Assembly: GCA_050298055.1 (NCBI GenBank)
Contig: JBNKTL010000030.1
Location: 1 to 64,000, forward strand
DNA length: 64,000 bases
Source: Spirochaetota bacterium
GTDB taxonomy: Bacteria; Spirochaetota; UBA4802; UBA5550
Reading direction: 5' to 3'
Positions 10,078 to 20,035 of the stretch are shown here, one piece after another. The notes beneath the pieces are model-generated. The model was not told where the DNA came from. It did no database searches and saw only the letters and a list, made by a program, of their open reading frames with translations. How positions within the stretch are numbered: position 1 is the first letter of the stretch; the number at the start of each line of letters is the position of its first letter. The position numbers and the translations under genes were made by a program.

Positions 10078-10641
10078 TTATATTTCCGGGGAGTAGATAG
10101 TCACAAGAAGAAGGGTCTCTTTGCTCCCGGGATTTTTCAGGGTATGTTTTACTCCCGAGTTAAAGAGCAGGGCATCATCCTTTTTAAGTTTATGGAGCTT
10201 CTGCCCCACTTTCACCTCAACCTCACCTTTAAGTACATAGATCAGTTCCTCCCCCTCATGCTGGTACTTCACCCTGGGGTGTTCCGATTTAGCCGGAATG
10301 CTCACACTGAACGCCCTCATCCGCTTTTTCTTCGCATCGGGAGTGAGCAGTGTATACTGGTAGAGATCCTCCCTCTTCTGTTCCTTTTTTCCCCCCGGCT
10401 TCTTCCCCGGTTTTTTCTCATACTGGAGATTGAGAAGTTCGTCGGGATTAATGGTCAGTGCCCGGGAGATCTTCAGGATGTCGCCAACAGGAGCAAAGTC
10501 CTTCCCTTCCTCAATTCTCTCAAGGTGGGAGATCTTCAACCCAGTTTTTTCCGAGAGCTCGTCAAGGGAGACCTTCCTCCTCTTCCTCAAACGTGCCAGT
10601 TTCCGGCCGATAGGGAGACTCTCTTTTCCTTTTTTATTCAT
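10078..10641 (-). CDS. XRE-family HTH regulator with cupin domain
   Basis: N-terminal HTH (LRKRRKVSLDELSEKTGL) and HEGEELIYVLKG cupin motif. Confidence 0.9.
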   Translation of the reverse strand: MNKKGKESLPIGRKLARLRKRRKVSLDELSEKTGLKISHLERIEEGKDFAPVGDILKISRALTINPDELLNLQYEKKPGKKPGGKKEQKREDLYQYTLLTPDAKKKRMRAFSVSIPAKSEHPRVKYQHEGEELIYVLKGEVEVKVGQKLHKLKKDDALLFNSGVKHTLKNPGSKETLLLVTIYSPEI

Positions 10642-10837
10642 TTTTCATCGCACGCCCCTGGATTTTTTTTCTCCCCGTTGTTCCGGGTAGATTGTGACGG
10701 GAAATTACAGGCACGTCAAGAATAATTTGCCGGGACGTTATTCGAAGAATTTCGTCCTGGAATAAAAATAAATTGAAAAAAATTCTGTTTCAATGTAATG
10801 TAAAATATCTTGTATATTTTTAACAAAGGAGAGTCAA

Positions 10838-11002
10838 ATGAGAAAAGTCATTAAAATCAACGAATTTGCCGATGAACTGATACGAAGAATCGAAGACGCA
10901 AAGGACATCGAATGCTGCAAATTAGAGATAATGAACCTGGCAAATATCGCCAAGGAGAAGCTGGGGGACCACGATATCGAGGTCGAATGGAAAGAGGATT
11001 AG
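10838..11002 (+). CDS. Small 54-aa hypothetical protein (below the ORF-track cutoff)
   Basis: AAGGAG RBS then ATG; MRKVIKINEFADELIRRIEDAKDIECCKLEIMNLANIAKEKLGDHDIEVEWKED; fills the intergenic gap and converges on the TrxR gene. Confidence 0.75.
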   Translation: MRKVIKINEFADELIRRIEDAKDIECCKLEIMNLANIAKEKLGDHDIEVEWKED

Positions 11003-11008
11003 GTCCGG

Positions 11009-12304
11009 CTAACCCTCTGACTCTTCAATCTCCCTGGCGGCTGTTATTGCCGCTATGGTCCCATCCGCCACTGAAGTTGTAATCTGCCTGTAGGCCTTGG
11101 TCTTAACGTCCCCTGCGGCAAAGATATCATCGATATTTGTATGCATAAAGTCATCGGTATCCAGATAACCCCATTCGTCTACCATGAGTGAATCACCGAA
11201 GAGTTCAAGGTTGGGCTTCATCCCCGCAAAGATAAAGACCCCGTCACAGGAGAGGGTATGATATTTACCTGTTTTCAGGTCCTCAATTCTGATCTCCATT
11301 GTTCCGTCATCCAGCTTTTTAAACTCCCTGGGTTCATGCTCAAAAATAAAATTGATCTTCTCATTGGCAAATGCCCTCTCCTGGGCAACCCTGTTGGCCT
11401 GGAGTTTGTCAAACTGGTGTACAATGGTCACCTTTTCGGCAAATTTCGTGATAAAGAGCGATTCTTCGATGGCCGAGTTCCCCCCGCCGACAACCACCAC
11501 GTGCTTATCATCATAGTATTTGGCATCACATGTGGCGCAGTATGAAATTCCCTTCCCCTTGTACTCAACCTCGCCGGGAACACCCAGACTCCTGTAGGAT
11601 GAACCTGTTGCTATGATGATCTTTTTGGCAATGATGGTTTCAAAACCGTCAACAAGGATCTTTTTCTTTTCCAGATCAACATCCGTAATTTCAACGGCAG
11701 ATCTGAAAATAACTCCCGCGTTTTTTGCCTGTTCGGTCATATAGTGCATGAGCATGAAGCCCTCTATGGGCTTTTCAAAACCGGGAAAATTTGACACAAG
11801 ATGTGTGGTCGTTACCTGGCCTCCCGGAAGGGCAATATCCGCGACAATAGTCTTCATCCTGGCCTGTGACGCATAGATGCCCGCCGTAAGTCCGGAGGGA
11901 CCGCCGCCGATGATGAGTATATCACATTCCGTTTTGACTTTTTTTATGGCTGATTTTATCTCTGCTGCCCTCTCACCAGGTATCAGGGCATCGAGATTTT
12001 TGATAAGGTCAGACCTCTTTATTCCGCCGCTCAGAATATCCCCCGTCTGTTTACCGTCTTTATAGAACAGAACAGTAGGGGATGAATGGATGTCCATGGA
12101 CTCGGCAAGTTCCCTGTTCTCCTGCCTGAATATTTTTAAAAACTTTATATCGTCCCCGTAGAGTTCGCTCAGTGACTCATACTTCGGTGCAAGTGCTTCA
12201 CAGGGAGGACATTCCGTGGAATAGAAATCAACAACCACCCTGCCTCCCTGAAGCACCTCCTTTTTGTACAGGTCGGAACCGATTTCATTTATTTTACCTG
12301 CCAT
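11009..12304 (-). CDS. Thioredoxin-thioredoxin reductase fusion
   Basis: N-terminal Trx domain (VVDFYSTECPPC); TrxB-type GGGPSG, SYCATCD, GGGNSA and FAAGD motifs; RBS AAGGAG before ATG at 12304. Confidence 0.9.
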   Translation of the reverse strand: MAGKINEIGSDLYKKEVLQGGRVVVDFYSTECPPCEALAPKYESLSELYGDDIKFLKIFRQENRELAESMDIHSSPTVLFYKDGKQTGDILSGGIKRSDLIKNLDALIPGERAAEIKSAIKKVKTECDILIIGGGPSGLTAGIYASQARMKTIVADIALPGGQVTTTHLVSNFPGFEKPIEGFMLMHYMTEQAKNAGVIFRSAVEITDVDLEKKKILVDGFETIIAKKIIIATGSSYRSLGVPGEVEYKGKGISYCATCDAKYYDDKHVVVVGGGNSAIEESLFITKFAEKVTIVHQFDKLQANRVAQERAFANEKINFIFEHEPREFKKLDDGTMEIRIEDLKTGKYHTLSCDGVFIFAGMKPNLELFGDSLMVDEWGYLDTDDFMHTNIDDIFAAGDVKTKAYRQITTSVADGTIAAITAAREIEESEG

Positions 12305-13622
12305 TGTCTGTCTCCTTTTCAAAATAGAGTGATAATCCCATCTCCATAAGTTCTTTTACCGGCCGGCAGTCCGGGGCCGATATACTGCCGGTACTATTTT
12401 CTGCAACGGATGCACAGCCTCCTCCGCATAACAGCTGCAGTGAACACTCCCGGCATTCACTGATTGTTGTTACGTCTCTTTTTTGCCAGTTCCGGATAAT
12501 TTCAGTTTCTGTCTCAACAACGGGGAAAAACTTCCCTATTGATTCACCCGCCTTTCCCGCTGTGGCCGTACAGGAGTATATTTTTCCGGTGTGGTCAAAG
12601 GCCCATTCGGTTTTACATCCGGGACATGAATCAAAAAGCGGGTCCGGCATCTCGCCGTTTTCTTTGAGAAACCGGGAGATTGAAAATGCCGGCCTGTGAA
12701 ACCGGAGTATCCGGGGATATTCATCAATCAGCCGGTAAATATCTTCATAGAGCTCAACCCTGTTATAGAGCGATTCCCTGTTTTTGAAACAGTGATGAAG
12801 TTCATAGTTCCTGCCAAGCTGTGTCTTAAAGAGCGGGTCGTCACTCCATCCTTTCTCCATGGCAAAATCCGAAAGACGGGGAAGGTCATTGATATTTTCC
12901 CTGTCCAGGACGACCCTCAGGTTAACGGGGATCCTGTTTTCCAGGGCAAAATCAACCCCCTCAACGATTTTCCGGAAGGTGGGACCCCCTCCTGCGAGAC
13001 CTCTTCTTGAGTTATGGACCTCCTCGGTCCCGTCCAAAGTCACCTGGATCTCCCTGATATCACCCCCCTGGAAAAGGTCCATATAATCGGAAAGATGATA
13101 CCCGTTTGTCACAACTGCCACCTGGAGCCCGTCCCGGGCTGCTCCTTCAAGAAGCATTTTTATGCTCTCCCGTGCTCTTACCGTATTGAGAAGCGGCTCC
13201 CCCCCGAAGATTGTAATATATTTATTCCTGTGGCTGAAATTTTCAGCAATATAGTTGAAGAACGATTCAATAACTTCACCGTTTCCCGCGGGCCCCTCAT
13301 GCTGATATTCATCCTGGTAGCAGTAAGAACATTTGAAATTACAGCCGTATCCGGGAACATAGAATATCTGGATCTCAGAGCTGTCCCTGGTTTTGATAAA
13401 CTTTTCGTATTCGCTCCTGTACTTTTTCTCCTCATCGTCCCTGTTCGCCAGGTATCCCTTTTCCACATACTCCTCAATATCAGTATACCTCTTTTCCAGG
13501 ATCTCTTTCGCCTTGTCAGGATTGAGGATATCGGCATTCCCTGAGAGGGAGTTGAGGATAAAGTAATTTTCAGAATTCTTTATCCGGGAAAAAATATTGT
13601 ACTTTGAAAAATATGTTATCAT
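12294..13622 (-). CDS. Radical SAM/SPASM-domain peptide maturase
   Basis: CNFKCSYC (CX3CX2C), GGEPLL, VTNG, QVTLDG; SPASM cysteines CPGC...GKIYSC...CRECSLQLLCGGGC...C; about 80-aa N-terminal RRE-like extension. Confidence 0.92.
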   Translation of the reverse strand: MITYFSKYNIFSRIKNSENYFILNSLSGNADILNPDKAKEILEKRYTDIEEYVEKGYLANRDDEEKKYRSEYEKFIKTRDSSEIQIFYVPGYGCNFKCSYCYQDEYQHEGPAGNGEVIESFFNYIAENFSHRNKYITIFGGEPLLNTVRARESIKMLLEGAARDGLQVAVVTNGYHLSDYMDLFQGGDIREIQVTLDGTEEVHNSRRGLAGGGPTFRKIVEGVDFALENRIPVNLRVVLDRENINDLPRLSDFAMEKGWSDDPLFKTQLGRNYELHHCFKNRESLYNRVELYEDIYRLIDEYPRILRFHRPAFSISRFLKENGEMPDPLFDSCPGCKTEWAFDHTGKIYSCTATAGKAGESIGKFFPVVETETEIIRNWQKRDVTTISECRECSLQLLCGGGCASVAENSTGSISAPDCRPVKELMEMGLSLYFEKETDNGR

Positions 13623-13635
13623 AATTATTAACTTT

Positions 13636-13659
13636 CTGCTGCCGGTTACCCGGCAGCAG
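13636..13659 (-). promoter_or_regulatory. GC-rich hairpin between the precursor peptide and maturase genes (possible attenuator or stability element)
   Basis: Perfect 10-bp stem CTGCTGCCGG-TTAC-CCGGCAGCAG, 13 nt upstream of the rSAM ATG; no poly-U tail on the minus strand. Confidence 0.55.
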
Positions 13660-13762
13660 CCTGTCTCGAACTTCCACTGCGTGATTATTAACTAATGATT
13701 GGTTAACTGCTGGAATATACAGCTATTAAGAATTATATGTACAAAATCACGCGGGCTCAGCA

Positions 13763-13858
13763 CTAGTCGTGACACCCGGCAACAATAGGTGAAATTTTCG
13801 CACAGCACTGTGCCACGCAGCAGCATTCTGATTCCTTCTTTTTAATCAGTGAAATCAT
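13763..13858 (-). CDS. Cys-rich 31-aa putative RiPP precursor peptide
   Basis: AGGAG (13866-13870) 7 nt before ATG; MISLIKKKESECCCVAQCCAKISPIVAGCHD*; sits directly upstream of the rSAM/SPASM gene. Confidence 0.88.
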   Translation of the reverse strand: MISLIKKKESECCCVAQCCAKISPIVAGCHD

Positions 13859-13887
13859 CTTTTAACTCCTTTTCGATAATAGCTTTT

Positions 13888-14532
13888 TCAATAAGGCTTA
13901 TGACCTTTTATTGTAAAACTCACCAGTTCGGCCTCTCCCCTCCTGTAAGGAGAGCTCTCCCCGGAAATTGTTACTTGAATAAAACCTGCAGATTCGACCG
14001 TCTCAAGATATTCATCCCGGGGAACAGCCCCTGCCCAGCAGCCGGCAACCGCTTCGGGATCACCGCTGTATTTTTCCGGGATCTTCTCCGTTGAGTAGAC
14101 ATCATTAACGATAAACTCTCCCCCCTTTTTCAGGACCCTGAAAACCTCTTCCCAGACACGCTCCTTGTTCTGTGCATGGTTAATGGTGCAGTTGGATATT
14201 ATGAGGTCAAGAGTATCATCCTCCAGGCAGATCTTTTCCAGGCTGCTCTGCACAATCTCCGCATTACTGAGACCGCTCTCATCAATTGCCTCCCTGGCCT
14301 TCCTGACCATCCCCTCGGATACGTCGATACCATAAACATATCCGCTTTTTCCCGCACGCCGGGCAAGCTTTATAACATCACCACCCCTGCCGCAGCCAAG
14401 ATCAGCACAGAAAAATCCCTCTCTGACCTCCTGGTAATCCCTTGAAGCTCCGCAGGAGAGGGAAGAGCTTTCCGCAGCCAGGCCGCTGTACCTCTTATTA
14501 ATACTCTTAATTCTTGATAAGTTCTCAGTCAT
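13888..14532 (-). CDS. ArsM (arsenite methyltransferase)-like class I SAM methyltransferase
   Basis: DLGCGRGGD motif I; SLSCG, ISNCTIN and AGCWAGA match the ArsM Cys motifs; start overlaps the MarR stop. Confidence 0.75.
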   Translation of the reverse strand: MTENLSRIKSINKRYSGLAAESSSLSCGASRDYQEVREGFFCADLGCGRGGDVIKLARRAGKSGYVYGIDVSEGMVRKAREAIDESGLSNAEIVQSSLEKICLEDDTLDLIISNCTINHAQNKERVWEEVFRVLKKGGEFIVNDVYSTEKIPEKYSGDPEAVAGCWAGAVPRDEYLETVESAGFIQVTISGESSPYRRGEAELVSFTIKGHKPY

Positions 14533-14830
14533 TCTTTTCTTCAAGTACCTTTAGAAGAACACCCAGCGCCCTGTCAACTGTCTTTCGTTCATTTTCTGTA
14601 AGCCTGTTTTTAAGCCTCGATTCACACAATTTCTTAGCGGCTGTAATCTCTTTCCTGCAGAGATTTCCCGATTGTGAGAGTGATATCTCAATGGCCCTTC
14701 TGTCCCCCGGCGATATCTTCCGTTTAAGATACCCTTTATTTATCAGATTGTCAACTATTCTGCTTACCCGTGACGGAGAAAGATCCATCCTTCGGGAAAC
14801 TTCATGCGATGCCACTCTCTCATTTATCAA
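14525..14830 (-). CDS. MarR-family winged-helix regulator, apparently lacking the N-terminal helices
   Basis: EVSRRMDLSPSRVSRIVDNLINKGYLKRKISPGDRRAIEISLS; the extension to 14938 overlaps the divergent thiolase start, so TTG at 14830 is the more plausible start. Confidence 0.65.
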   Translation of the reverse strand: MINERVASHEVSRRMDLSPSRVSRIVDNLINKGYLKRKISPGDRRAIEISLSQSGNLCRKEITAAKKLCESRLKNRLTENERKTVDRALGVLLKVLEEKND

Positions 14831-14931
14831 CTTTTTTTTAAAATAACTTGTTAAATATTTGACGCCCGGTATTTTGTATTTTGCGAGATAAAAATTACAA
14901 ACCGATATTGTGGAAACAAAAGGAGAATATA

Positions 14932-16119
<1,188 letters not shown>

Positions 16120-16701
16120 TCAGTTTTTTAAGACCTTTTTGACAAAATCGGTAATTATCCTGGCGGTAAGCCCCCATATTTCATGGCCTTCATGGATGTA
16201 GTAGTAAACCGTATGTTCCACACCGTCAATATTGAATCTTTCTACCCGGTCAAACTCCATGCGGGAAAAGATTGAGAAGGGGACTTCAATGTGTTCATCG
16301 ATCTCATGCTCGTTGAGATCGTATTCCACCGGGTACTTAACGGAACCAACAAATGTTGAGACCCTGTACCCGGAAATCGAGACATAATCGTCAAACCTTC
16401 CGAGGTATTCAATATCACTTTCGGGAATTCCCACCTCTTCAAAAGTCTCCCTGTATGCTGTGGCCAGGAGGTCTCCATCTTCATCATCATAGGCTCCGCC
16501 GGGAAAGGATATCTGGCCCTTGTGGTCTTTCACTTTTTCTGTTCTTTTGGTCAGGAGAATATGCGGTTCCTCCTCCTTCTTCATGAAAAGCATGAATACG
16601 GAAGCAGGTCTCAGGTTTTCCTGAAGAATTTTCCTGACTGTGTGAAGATCAAGCCTCTTTTTTAAGTCATTCAGGAATGTTATATAAGAATCCCGTGTCA
16701 T
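16120..16701 (-). CDS. Nudix CoA pyrophosphatase
   Basis: LLTKR...HKGQISFPGG...AYRETFEEVG and IWGLTA. Confidence 0.9.
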   Translation of the reverse strand: MTRDSYITFLNDLKKRLDLHTVRKILQENLRPASVFMLFMKKEEEPHILLTKRTEKVKDHKGQISFPGGAYDDEDGDLLATAYRETFEEVGIPESDIEYLGRFDDYVSISGYRVSTFVGSVKYPVEYDLNEHEIDEHIEVPFSIFSRMEFDRVERFNIDGVEHTVYYYIHEGHEIWGLTARIITDFVKKVLKN

Positions 16702-16876
16702 AAATCAGATATTCAAAAAAGTCCTGTTTCGCAATCGCACCGTTACTTTTAATATTATTAAAATCAGGAAAGTCAAGATTATTTTACGGTTCATGTGTCA
16801 CTAAATGTCTGTCTTTTTCTTGACAATTAGATGTGATAATAATTATTTCATAACAATACATTTAGTTATTACTGTA

Positions 16877-17974
16877 ATGGAAATGAAGATACCTGTAAAA
16901 TTAGTATACACCCTGGTGGTCCTGGTGGGAGCGTTATCATGCTCAAGCTCCGAAAAAAGACCGGTAATAAAAAGACCGTCCCCTGTCAAAAAAGACAGCA
17001 GCAAACACTCCATCCTCTGCATGGGGGACCTGCTGGTAGTCAGGGAAGCCGAAGAACAGCTCGAAGTAAACGGGGAGGACTACCCTTTTGAAAAAATCGA
17101 GGACGAGTTCAGGAAATACGATGTTGTTTTTGCGAACTTTGAGATGTCCATCACCTACAGGGGATCGGTTCATCCGAGAAAACCATACACGTTCAGACTC
17201 CACCCGGACAATGCCAGCTATTTCAAAGAACTGAAAATTGACGTTGTCTCAATTGCCAACAACCATATCCTTGATTACGGAAACCCGGGACTTTTTGATA
17301 CCATGTCATTCCTCGGGGAGTGGGGTGTGAAATATTCCGGAGCCGGTAAGAACCTGGATGTCGCACGAAAACCGGCTGTACTGAACAAAAACGGTACTGA
17401 TGTTCTGTTTCTCTCATATTGCGAAAGACCTCCTTCAGACTTCTATGCAACTGAGAACAGTCCCGGTACTGCGCCCATGAACATAAAATACATAATTGAA
17501 GATGTGAAAAGACATAAGAAGGCAAACAACATAGTCCTTGTTTCACTGCACTGGGGGATAGAACACGATGACTTTCCCAGGAAATACCAGGTGACCGTTG
17601 CCCATTCCATAATTGACGCAGGTGCCGATGGAATTATCGGACATCATCCCCATGTCCCCCAGGGAATTGAAATCTATAACGGTAAACCGATTATTTATTC
17701 ACTGGGCAATGCCATAACAGGTTTTTATAATCCAAACTATAAAAACAACATAATGGTATCTCTCCAGTACAGGGGGCCTGACCTTCTCGATATAATGATA
17801 ATACCCATTGCAGGCAAGTTTAAGGAGATCAAGTCTCAACCGCATATTCTCAATGGGAATAAGGCAGTAAAAATACTCAAACATATGCAGAGAGTCTCCA
17901 GGCCCTTTAAAACCGATATTATCATTAAGGATGACAAGGGACTCATTCATGTTGATAATATCCTTAACATGTAA
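16877..17974 (+). CDS. CapA (PGA_cap) family metallophosphoesterase-like lipoprotein
   Basis: GD, ANFE, ANNHILDYG, HWG, GHHPHV and YSLGN motifs; lipobox ALSC. Confidence 0.88.
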   Translation: MEMKIPVKLVYTLVVLVGALSCSSSEKRPVIKRPSPVKKDSSKHSILCMGDLLVVREAEEQLEVNGEDYPFEKIEDEFRKYDVVFANFEMSITYRGSVHPRKPYTFRLHPDNASYFKELKIDVVSIANNHILDYGNPGLFDTMSFLGEWGVKYSGAGKNLDVARKPAVLNKNGTDVLFLSYCERPPSDFYATENSPGTAPMNIKYIIEDVKRHKKANNIVLVSLHWGIEHDDFPRKYQVTVAHSIIDAGADGIIGHHPHVPQGIEIYNGKPIIYSLGNAITGFYNPNYKNNIMVSLQYRGPDLLDIMIIPIAGKFKEIKSQPHILNGNKAVKILKHMQRVSRPFKTDIIIKDDKGLIHVDNILNM

Positions 17975-18121
17975 GATTTCCGGGAAATCGTTCTTCTGTT
18001 GAAAGTTTACAACCAGCTTTATTTTTTTTGTTGATTTTTTTTTAAAACTATCATAATTTTGTTGATATTAAATAACATTGTGTTATGAGAGAAACAATTT
18101 AAAAAATTGAGGAGATTAAAA

Positions 18122-18628
18122 ATGAAAAGAATTTCTCTACTTATATTGACTGCTATTGTAACAATTTTTATTGCATGTGAATCAGCTCCAAAGAAAGCTG
18201 GATCAACACCGCAAACAGATACATCATCACTGTTTGTATCATCATCTAATGAACAGCTTGCTAATATTCCTGTGGGCGGATTCGGTTATAAAAGCTCTCA
18301 GGTGCCTCCGCAAAAGTGGGACACATGGGCAAAGGCTGCAGCTCCCGTTGTAAAAGGGATTATTGACAAACTTCCTGAAGGATATGTTCTCCAGGTAACC
18401 GGACATACCGATTCAAGCGGACCTGAAGAACCGGTAGGCAACAAGCCGGGAAATATAAAGATTTCCACAGACAGGGCAATGACTGTTTTTAATTCACTGA
18501 AGAAGCAGGGGATAAATTCTCCAAACATGACCTACAAAGGTGTGGGATCATCAGAGCCTCTTGAGGGAGTTGACTCAAGAGATCCAAGCCAGAGAAGAGT
18601 AACATTCAAAGTGGTACCCAAAGAATAA
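18122..18628 (+). CDS. OmpA-domain lipoprotein, Loa22-like
   Basis: Lipobox FIAC; GFGYK..KLPEGYVLQVTGHTD..GPE..GNIKISTDRA..RRVTF closely parallels Leptospira Loa22. Confidence 0.85.
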   Translation: MKRISLLILTAIVTIFIACESAPKKAGSTPQTDTSSLFVSSSNEQLANIPVGGFGYKSSQVPPQKWDTWAKAAAPVVKGIIDKLPEGYVLQVTGHTDSSGPEEPVGNKPGNIKISTDRAMTVFNSLKKQGINSPNMTYKGVGSSEPLEGVDSRDPSQRRVTFKVVPKE

Positions 18629-18646
18629 TCAGAACTTTCATTATAT

Positions 18647-18680
18647 AAAAAAATGCCCGGTAAAAACCGGGCATTTTTTT
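18647..18680 (+). terminator. Intrinsic terminator
   Basis: AAAAAAATGCCCGG-TAAAAA-CCGGGCATTTTTTT just after the stop codon. Confidence 0.85.
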
Positions 18681-18780
18681 GTCGATTAACCATACACGAT
18701 CAATCTGTTATTGACAAAACTCCCTGTAAATTATTAATTAATTTTTCACTGCCCGGTTATATGGCATTAATAAATGGATA

Positions 18781-18830
18781 ATACCCGCCGCGGTCGGTGG
18801 CGGGGACACATAAGTTATCTTTTATTCAAT
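18781..18830. repeat. REP-like palindromic element, degenerate copy 2
   Basis: CCCGCCGCGGTCGGTGGCGGGGACACATAAGTTATCTTTT matches the hairpin and right flank of copy 1. Confidence 0.65.
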
Positions 18831-18889
18831 ACATCAATTTAAAAAATATACTCAGTGATAAAAACAATGGATAAATTTTCGGAGGAGTA

Positions 18890-20032
18890 ATGCTCAGATT
18901 ATTTACGGTCATCCTTTTATTTACAATAACAATCCAGGCAGATGCCTATACTATTCCTGAAAGAAAGAACAACAGGGGCGATTATATCATTGTGGGGCAG
19001 AATACGGTCCAGAAAATCAGGTATATAACCAGTTCAACTTTCAGTGAAATTCACAGGGGAAACAGGGCCCTGGACAGCGACAGGAACACTTCATGGATTT
19101 CGAAGAATGGGAAGACACCCCACTGGCTTGAAATTGACTTCGGGGTTAAAAGGCTCATGAGTACTATCATAATATATCCCGGGAAGAAGGATAACTATAA
19201 GACTATAAAATATCTCGACATCCAGTTTATGTATAGAAACAGATGGTTTACTTTTTCCAGGGTTCATTTTTCCCCGGAAACCACACAGGAAGGTGAACCG
19301 GTTTACAGTGACAGGGCTGATATTGACCTTGGAGGTATTGATGCCAGTTCATTCAGAATACTTATACCTGAAAATGCAACCTATGACGGCTATGCTTCAA
19401 TTTCTGAGATAGAAACACACCTGGGATCATCAAAGATAAAATACTTCGATGAAAGACTTAAAGGGCTCTTTCTTCCCATAAAAAACGGATTCCTTCCCGA
19501 AAAGGATTCCGGGTATCCCAATGCACCACGCAGGTACAGGGGGGGGCGGCATGTTGGGATAGACTTCTTTTACCGGCATACCGAAGATTCATATGAACCT
19601 GTCCTTGTGACAAAAAAAACACCGGTACACGCAGCAGACAGCGGCACAATAATCAGGTGTGACCTTAACTATAAACCGATGACGGCAAAGGAGTGGAAGA
19701 CCCGGTCAGAATACTATAAAAAACATCCCCGAACATTTGTGATGCGGTCTTTTGGAGGCAGGCAGGTCTGGATTGACCATAATAACGGCATTGTAACCAC
19801 ATATAATCATCTCTCAGGGATTGATCACGAGTTAAAAAAAGGTTCAAAGGTTAAAAAGGGTCAGAGGATAGGATGGGTTGGCAACTCCGGTCTCTATGGT
19901 GAAGCACTGGGAAAAGACTGGGGGGCTCACCTCCATATGGAGATATGGATTGACGGGTATTATCTCGGTTACGGGATGAAGATGGAAGATGTAAAAAAGT
20001 ATGTAAAATGGGTATTTTTCCCGCTCCAGTAA
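18890..20032 (+). CDS. M23 metallopeptidase with N-terminal F5/8 type C (discoidin) domain
   Basis: ALDSDRNTSW..HWLEIDFG discoidin motif; HVGID, YNHL and HLHMEI M23 motifs. Confidence 0.88.
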   Translation: MLRLFTVILLFTITIQADAYTIPERKNNRGDYIIVGQNTVQKIRYITSSTFSEIHRGNRALDSDRNTSWISKNGKTPHWLEIDFGVKRLMSTIIIYPGKKDNYKTIKYLDIQFMYRNRWFTFSRVHFSPETTQEGEPVYSDRADIDLGGIDASSFRILIPENATYDGYASISEIETHLGSSKIKYFDERLKGLFLPIKNGFLPEKDSGYPNAPRRYRGGRHVGIDFFYRHTEDSYEPVLVTKKTPVHAADSGTIIRCDLNYKPMTAKEWKTRSEYYKKHPRTFVMRSFGGRQVWIDHNNGIVTTYNHLSGIDHELKKGSKVKKGQRIGWVGNSGLYGEALGKDWGAHLHMEIWIDGYYLGYGMKMEDVKKYVKWVFFPLQ

Positions 20033-20035
20033 CGG

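Noticed and set aside
10006..10725. 239-aa plus-strand ORF and similar antisense ORFs across the window
   Set aside because: They are shadows of well-supported genes on the opposite strand
13757..13765. Sec/Pyl readthrough of the peptide (TAG TGC TGA)
   Set aside because: It would need two recoding events, no SECIS/PYLIS is evident, and GCHD is a natural end
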